From Mobula birostris (taxonomy: Eukaryota): DNA of 63,878 nucleotides. The notes beneath the pieces are model-generated. The model had not been told where the DNA came from, ran no database searches, and saw nothing but the letters and a program-made list of their open reading frames with translations. A program made the position numbers and the translations under genes. Positions 59,045-63,878 of this stretch are shown piece after piece; the first letter of the stretch is position 1, and each line of letters starts with the position of its first letter. Where the stretch lies: contig NC_092379.1 in the NCBI RefSeq assembly GCF_030028105.1, positions 26,901,821 to 26,965,698 on the forward strand, read 5' to 3'.

Positions 59045-62000
59045 CCTCTTTCCTTTTAGGAAACATTCTGACGTTGGGAAATTTTTTTGTTCAAGTGTAG
59101 TGTACAATGTTCAGAACAATACATGTCCACATAACAGAGCAAAACGTGTACAACTTCTAACTTAACATCTGGATAAACAATCAGCTATAATGTTGTCAGT
59201 ACCTTTCACATGTTTGAATTTTAGGTCATATTTTTGCAAAATCAGACTCCAGTTTATTAACCTTCTACTTTTATCCTACATCTTAGTTAGAAACACGAAC
59301 TGATTATGGTCCGTGTAAACCACAAGTGGTTTATGGGCAGGACAAACATAGACTTGAAAATGTTGCACACTAACACTTTTGAGAATTAAGCTACTGGGTG
59401 TTCAATGTTATCCACACCCTTCTGTAACAGTACTGCCATAGCAGCTTCGTCACTAGCGTCTGTTGCTGCGGAAAATGGATTTGAAAAATCAGGTGCTTTG
59501 AGCACAGGATGATAACACAGGATAGCTCTCAGGCGTTCAAATGCCTCCTGCCAAAGATTACTCTATTCAGATCTTCCACTCTTCCCTAAGAGTTTCGTTA
59601 GGAGGAGAGCGATATCCGCGAAGTTCATACGAAACTTTCGATAATACCCCACCATTCCGAGAATCCTTCTTAAAGCTTTCTTGCCCTTCGGAACAGGAAC
59701 CGCAGCAATACCTTAAACCTTGCCCTGTACAGGAGCCAATTAGCCCTGGACTACTGCATAGCCAAGCTACAGTAACAGTAGCATGACCAAATTCACTCTT
59801 ATCGAGATTCACGGTAAGATCGGCCTTGGAAAGTTTGTTAAATAGTTTTTCTGCCGCGGCAGGATGCTTTTCCCAGGTGTCATTCCAGACCACTAAATCA
59901 TCGATATAAGCGACTGTGTTTTCCAAACCTCTAATCACAGAAGTCATCATCTTTTGAAATATCCCTGGAGATGTTTCAAATCCACGTGCAAAACATTGTA
60001 CTCATACAGTCCGCATGGTGTTCCAAATGTAGATATTTATTTGGCCCTTTCTGTCAAAGGAACATACTAATATCCTTTTAACAGATGAATCTTTTTAAGG
60101 TATTTACTTTTTCCCACTGTATCAATGCAGTCATCCACTCTCTTTTCTTTTTTTTCTTGTTTCCAATTTCTTGTTCAACCATTTAACTTTTCTCTAAATT
60201 CATTCTGTAATGATGCTCTTTGATTGGTTTGGTTCAGCCTGCAATGACGTCATGCCCTTCAGCTGTGGATCGTCTTGGAATGGCAGGAAATAAATCTTTA
60301 TCCTTGTTAATTAATTATTCCAATTGTTTTTGTTGTGCAGGCACCAAGTGACGGAAGTTATCATTATTTTTTTTTCAAAATAATGGAGTTCTCAAATCTC
60401 GCTGATACTATATTCAGCTTGTTAAAATTATCTGGTATCCGATTACCAGTCTTTACGACTCCATTTGTTTTCATAACATACTCACAGGTGCCATCCTATC
60501 AAACCAATGTTCCATTTTAATTTGAACTTTCTGCAATTTTCCTTTGCAAGATTACAAACCTTGTAAGGTCTCTCTCGGAATTTCAAAACATAATCTAGCA
60601 CACTGACGCACACTTTTGGATTAGACTACTGCTATCTCAGCAGGGTCAATGGTCCTTTGGGCCTGTGGCCAAAAACAAGTTCAAGTACACTGCACTACAA
60701 TGATTTTTGAATCGAATACCTAACAGCAAATAAGTGCAGGAGAACACCCTGATCCCAGTTTTTTTTTTTTTTCCACTTTCCACACAATATGGTTTAGTCA
60801 TGGTCTAAGAGCGGAATTGAACTGCTCCAATGCTACTTGAGACTCTGGCTGTTAGGCAATTGCCACAATTTATTTACCCCCAGCTCAGAAACTATTTTCT
60901 GGAATGTTATCGAAATAAAGTTACTACCCTGGTCAGATTCAATTGCTTTTGGTAGACCTACCGTTGTGGAAAACTTACTGAATGCCTTTACCACAATCTT
61001 AGCCTGGTTGTTTCCGAGAGGCACGGCTTCAGGGAACCTAGACACAGCATACATAATTGCTAATAAGTACTGATGACCAGCTGAAGTCTTTGGCAATGGG
61101 CCAACATAATCCACTAAGATCCTATAAAAAGGTGAACCAAAAGCAGATATCTGTTTAATTGGTGCTACTGGAATAATCTGATTAAGTTTCCCCACACTCC
61201 GGCAGGTATGGCAAGTCCTAGAAAAATGCGCAGCATCTTTTCTTAAATTACACCATTAAAAACCTTCATAATCCTGCTCACTGTCTTTCTCACTCCAGAA
61301 TGTCCACCTAAAGGTTTACTATAACCCAAAGTTATAATTTAAGCCGTGTAAGCTTTCGGAACCACTACCTGATATTTAATGGCCCAGTCCTCACTTTCCG
61401 GCACAGTGGCTGGTCTCCAGTTCCTCATTAGCACCCCATCTTTAAGGTAATATCCCACTGACCCTCTCTGAACGTCCTTTTATGTGAAAGCTGTCTCCTT
61501 TAAAGCCACAACTTCAGAATTCAGCTTCTGTTGCTCTATAAGTTCCTTCCACGATATGGACAAACCTTTCTCATCAAACTTACTACCCAAATCCTGTTGT
61601 AACATGGAAGGTAGAGAAGTCTGTGACAAGTCATCATGGATTTCAACCCCTGGTTTTGCTACGATGGACCTCATCAGACTTTCTAAACGTGCTTCGAGTT
61701 ACTGTGCATGTGGGATAAACTTCAGTATCTCTGTGTAAAAAGTTAGCAGCAGCTTTGTTCGTTAGCTGAACTGCTGAATAAAAATTACCTTGGAAAAACT
61801 TTCAACCTAAATGTTTACTAAACCCAGCATTATGACCAGACTTACACAAAACATGTATATATTATGAAAAATGGCAAACAATCCATTTATCTTATTCCTA
61901 CAAACTTTACCCCGGTTTCTGTCCATAGTAACTTCTTTAGACGGTGTCTCAAAACCAAAGCATTCCTTCTTTTCCATAACATTATCGTGAAAAGAAACCT

Positions 62001-63198
62001 CATATCCTTGAAGATGTTTACATCCAAATGTTAAAACAAAATTTAACAAAGTGGCACATACTTCTTCAGTAAGCCCTTGTCCTGCAAGCAGCGTCAAAGG
62101 TCGCGAAACCAATCCAACCTTCACAAGTACTTTATTCAAACACCCAGAAACAACACTTTCCTCAATATCTATAATAACATTGTCCCATCACTAAATGTTA
62201 GAGCACCGTCTAATACAAGTGACTGAGAATCCTCAATTTCCACTGGTACCAAGATTAAGCCTTATTCACTGATCCAAGACCAGCAGGCACAAAAGAACTG
62301 CATTCTTTTCCAACCAAGTCAGACACCTCAGACCTTAACTGAGCTTCAGCACAAGATTCTGTACCCTGTGAATCCACAGGTACTTCAACAACCTGAACAC
62401 AGAAAATCTGGACAACTGCCTCTTCTGGGCTGTCATCACTTGTCCCAGTTTCAAATTCAAGGTCACCCCGAACCTCCCAGCTACTCTCTGGGAAACTCAC
62501 ATCTGGAGTAAACTCAACCTCGTTGCTTCGAACACCTTCGCCTGATATCTTATGAGACCTCTGCGAGGTGGCGGCATCCTCTTCATCTAGTTATGCCCTT
62601 ACTTAATCAGGAACACAACTTTGAAATTCATCAACAAAAACAAACTCTTTCGCGTTGTAAAAATCAGTGGGGTGCAACACTGGTCCTCCCAGCTGACACA
62701 TCTCCCTCTCGAACCGTCTCTGCTTTCCGCCTGTTCTCTCTGTTTTGCTGACTCTTCTGTCTGCCTGTCTGCGTCTCTAGCCTCATGAACCCTCTGCTTT
62801 TCTGCGTCATCACCCTTGAGCTGTTTTAATCGCATTTCATGCTCCATCTTTAATTTTGCCAAGTGAAGCTGAGCCTCAGCCTTAGTAAGGACGTTACCTT
62901 CAGCGAATATCTCTGACACCTCCTTTTCAAACTTTATCTTAGCTATATATTGCTGGGCTATTGCCGTCACATCTGAGCTTTCCTCATCTTAGTAGTCACC
63001 TTTGTCTTAACTTTTGAGCCAGTGCCAACAGCACATTACTCGTAGCATCATCCAACGCTTCAGAGGTTGGCTCCAATAGAAACCTCAAACTCCATTTCTG
63101 CTGAAATTATACACAAGCAAATCAAAAAGGATTTTCCCCAATCAATTCGAATAAGCCCCCAAACAATTTGCTCCAATCCCGGATGCAGGCCCTAAATT

Positions 63199-63878
63199 TG
63201 TCATGTACCTCAAGACAGGTTAAAGAACCAGCAGAAATGGAAATCACCTTGGAGTCTAATATTGCTATTAACTAATGGTATTTATTAGTAACATACGCAA
63301 TACAGTTACATAAAATCAGATACATCAAAAAGGTTAGCAATGATTATATGTATATCAGTGTGGAAGTAGAAAAGCCAAGCTTCTTCAAGCCTCGGGTAAA
63401 TTGATAATGTCTTACGTTGATAAGTAAAGTTCAGTTCACTTCGTGGTATTCGGTTGAGTATTGATGGAGAGAGAGACGTGTTTAGTTCTTCAGGTGAGCT
63501 GATGCCGTCGATCTTTCCATTGTCCTCGGAAACTTCCACGTTGGACTAACGTGACCGACTTAAGAGAACTGTCTTTGAGCGATAGTCTATCAACCCAGGC
63601 AAAGGTTAGACACACTAGTAGACTCCAAAGGGTTGCTCTTTCACGCATTAATAATGTCAGATCGATCCCTCAGAATCGATCCTCAGTCCCACACTCGTGG
63701 TCTCCTGGACAGTATAGTGGTAACTTCTCCACACTTTAGTGTGTCTGCCTGTCCTGTGAAACAAGCAATTACGTTGGTTTAAATACTGTCGTGTTGAACA
63801 CCAGCTGAAAATCAAGTAGCTCCTCCCTTCTCTCACTCTAGGAACTTAGAAGTTGCCACTGTCCTTGCAGAAGTGTAA
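63199..63878 (-). repeat. 5' LTR of the Gmr1-type element, cut by the window end, with adjacent PBS
   Basis: Begins TGTCATG at 63199 and aligns with 58250 to about 58930. The adjacent minus-strand sequence AATTTAGGGCCTGCATCCGGGAT resembles a degenerate tRNA-Pro primer binding site (TGGGGGCTCGTCCGGGAT). Confidence 0.85.

Larger units (their letters stand above)
58250..63878 (-). mobile_element. Degenerate Gmr1-type Ty3/Gypsy LTR retrotransposon (gag-PR-INT-RT-RH order)
   Basis: Two direct LTRs flank it. On the minus strand: gag at about 63090-62570, a protease remnant at about 62280-62000, integrase at about 61330-60600 (GGHSGVRKT zinc finger; LVDYVGPLP...YLL...SRFPEAVPL...SDQGSNF), RT at about 60330-59570 (AYIDDLVV) and RNase H at about 59540-59060 (TDASD...AVLLQ...HPV). 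It carries many stops and deletions. Confidence 0.9.

Overview
This is vertebrate genomic DNA, not prokaryotic. The repeat content (CR1 with (CTATGTTT)n/(CTTATG)n tails, Penelope-like elements with inverted termini, Rex1/Babar) points to a cartilaginous fish, probably a ray or skate; this is an inference. The window is part of a T-cell receptor alpha/delta-type V-gene array. It holds four closely related V segments on the + strand: V1 is partial (1-153) and V2-V4 are complete, each with a 46-nt leader exon, a GT-AG intron, a 307-nt V exon and a 23-bp-spacer RSS. I found no D, J or C segments by eye. The V genes sit in a roughly 27.6-kb two-V higher-order segmental duplication (V1/V3 heptamers 27,537 bp apart; V2/V4 27,696 bp apart). 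This duplication has been reshaped by nested duplications and deletions with microhomology junctions, one junction filler made of two hairpins, and copy-specific transposon insertions whose empty sites are visible in the paralog. Homology to the array ends at about 53.7 kb. Beyond that are CR1 debris and a degenerate Gmr1-type Ty3/Gypsy element with integrase upstream of RT (58,250 to the window end). Almost all ORFs in the supplied track are transposon remnants or chance ORFs. I cannot establish a wholly new biological system here. The best leads are the shared non-consensus RSS, CDR1-focused diversification, the reconstructable duplication history and the hairpin junction. Coordinates of V exons, RSS, TSDs and junctions were counted by hand; limits of old transposon remnants are approximate (about +/-50 bp).
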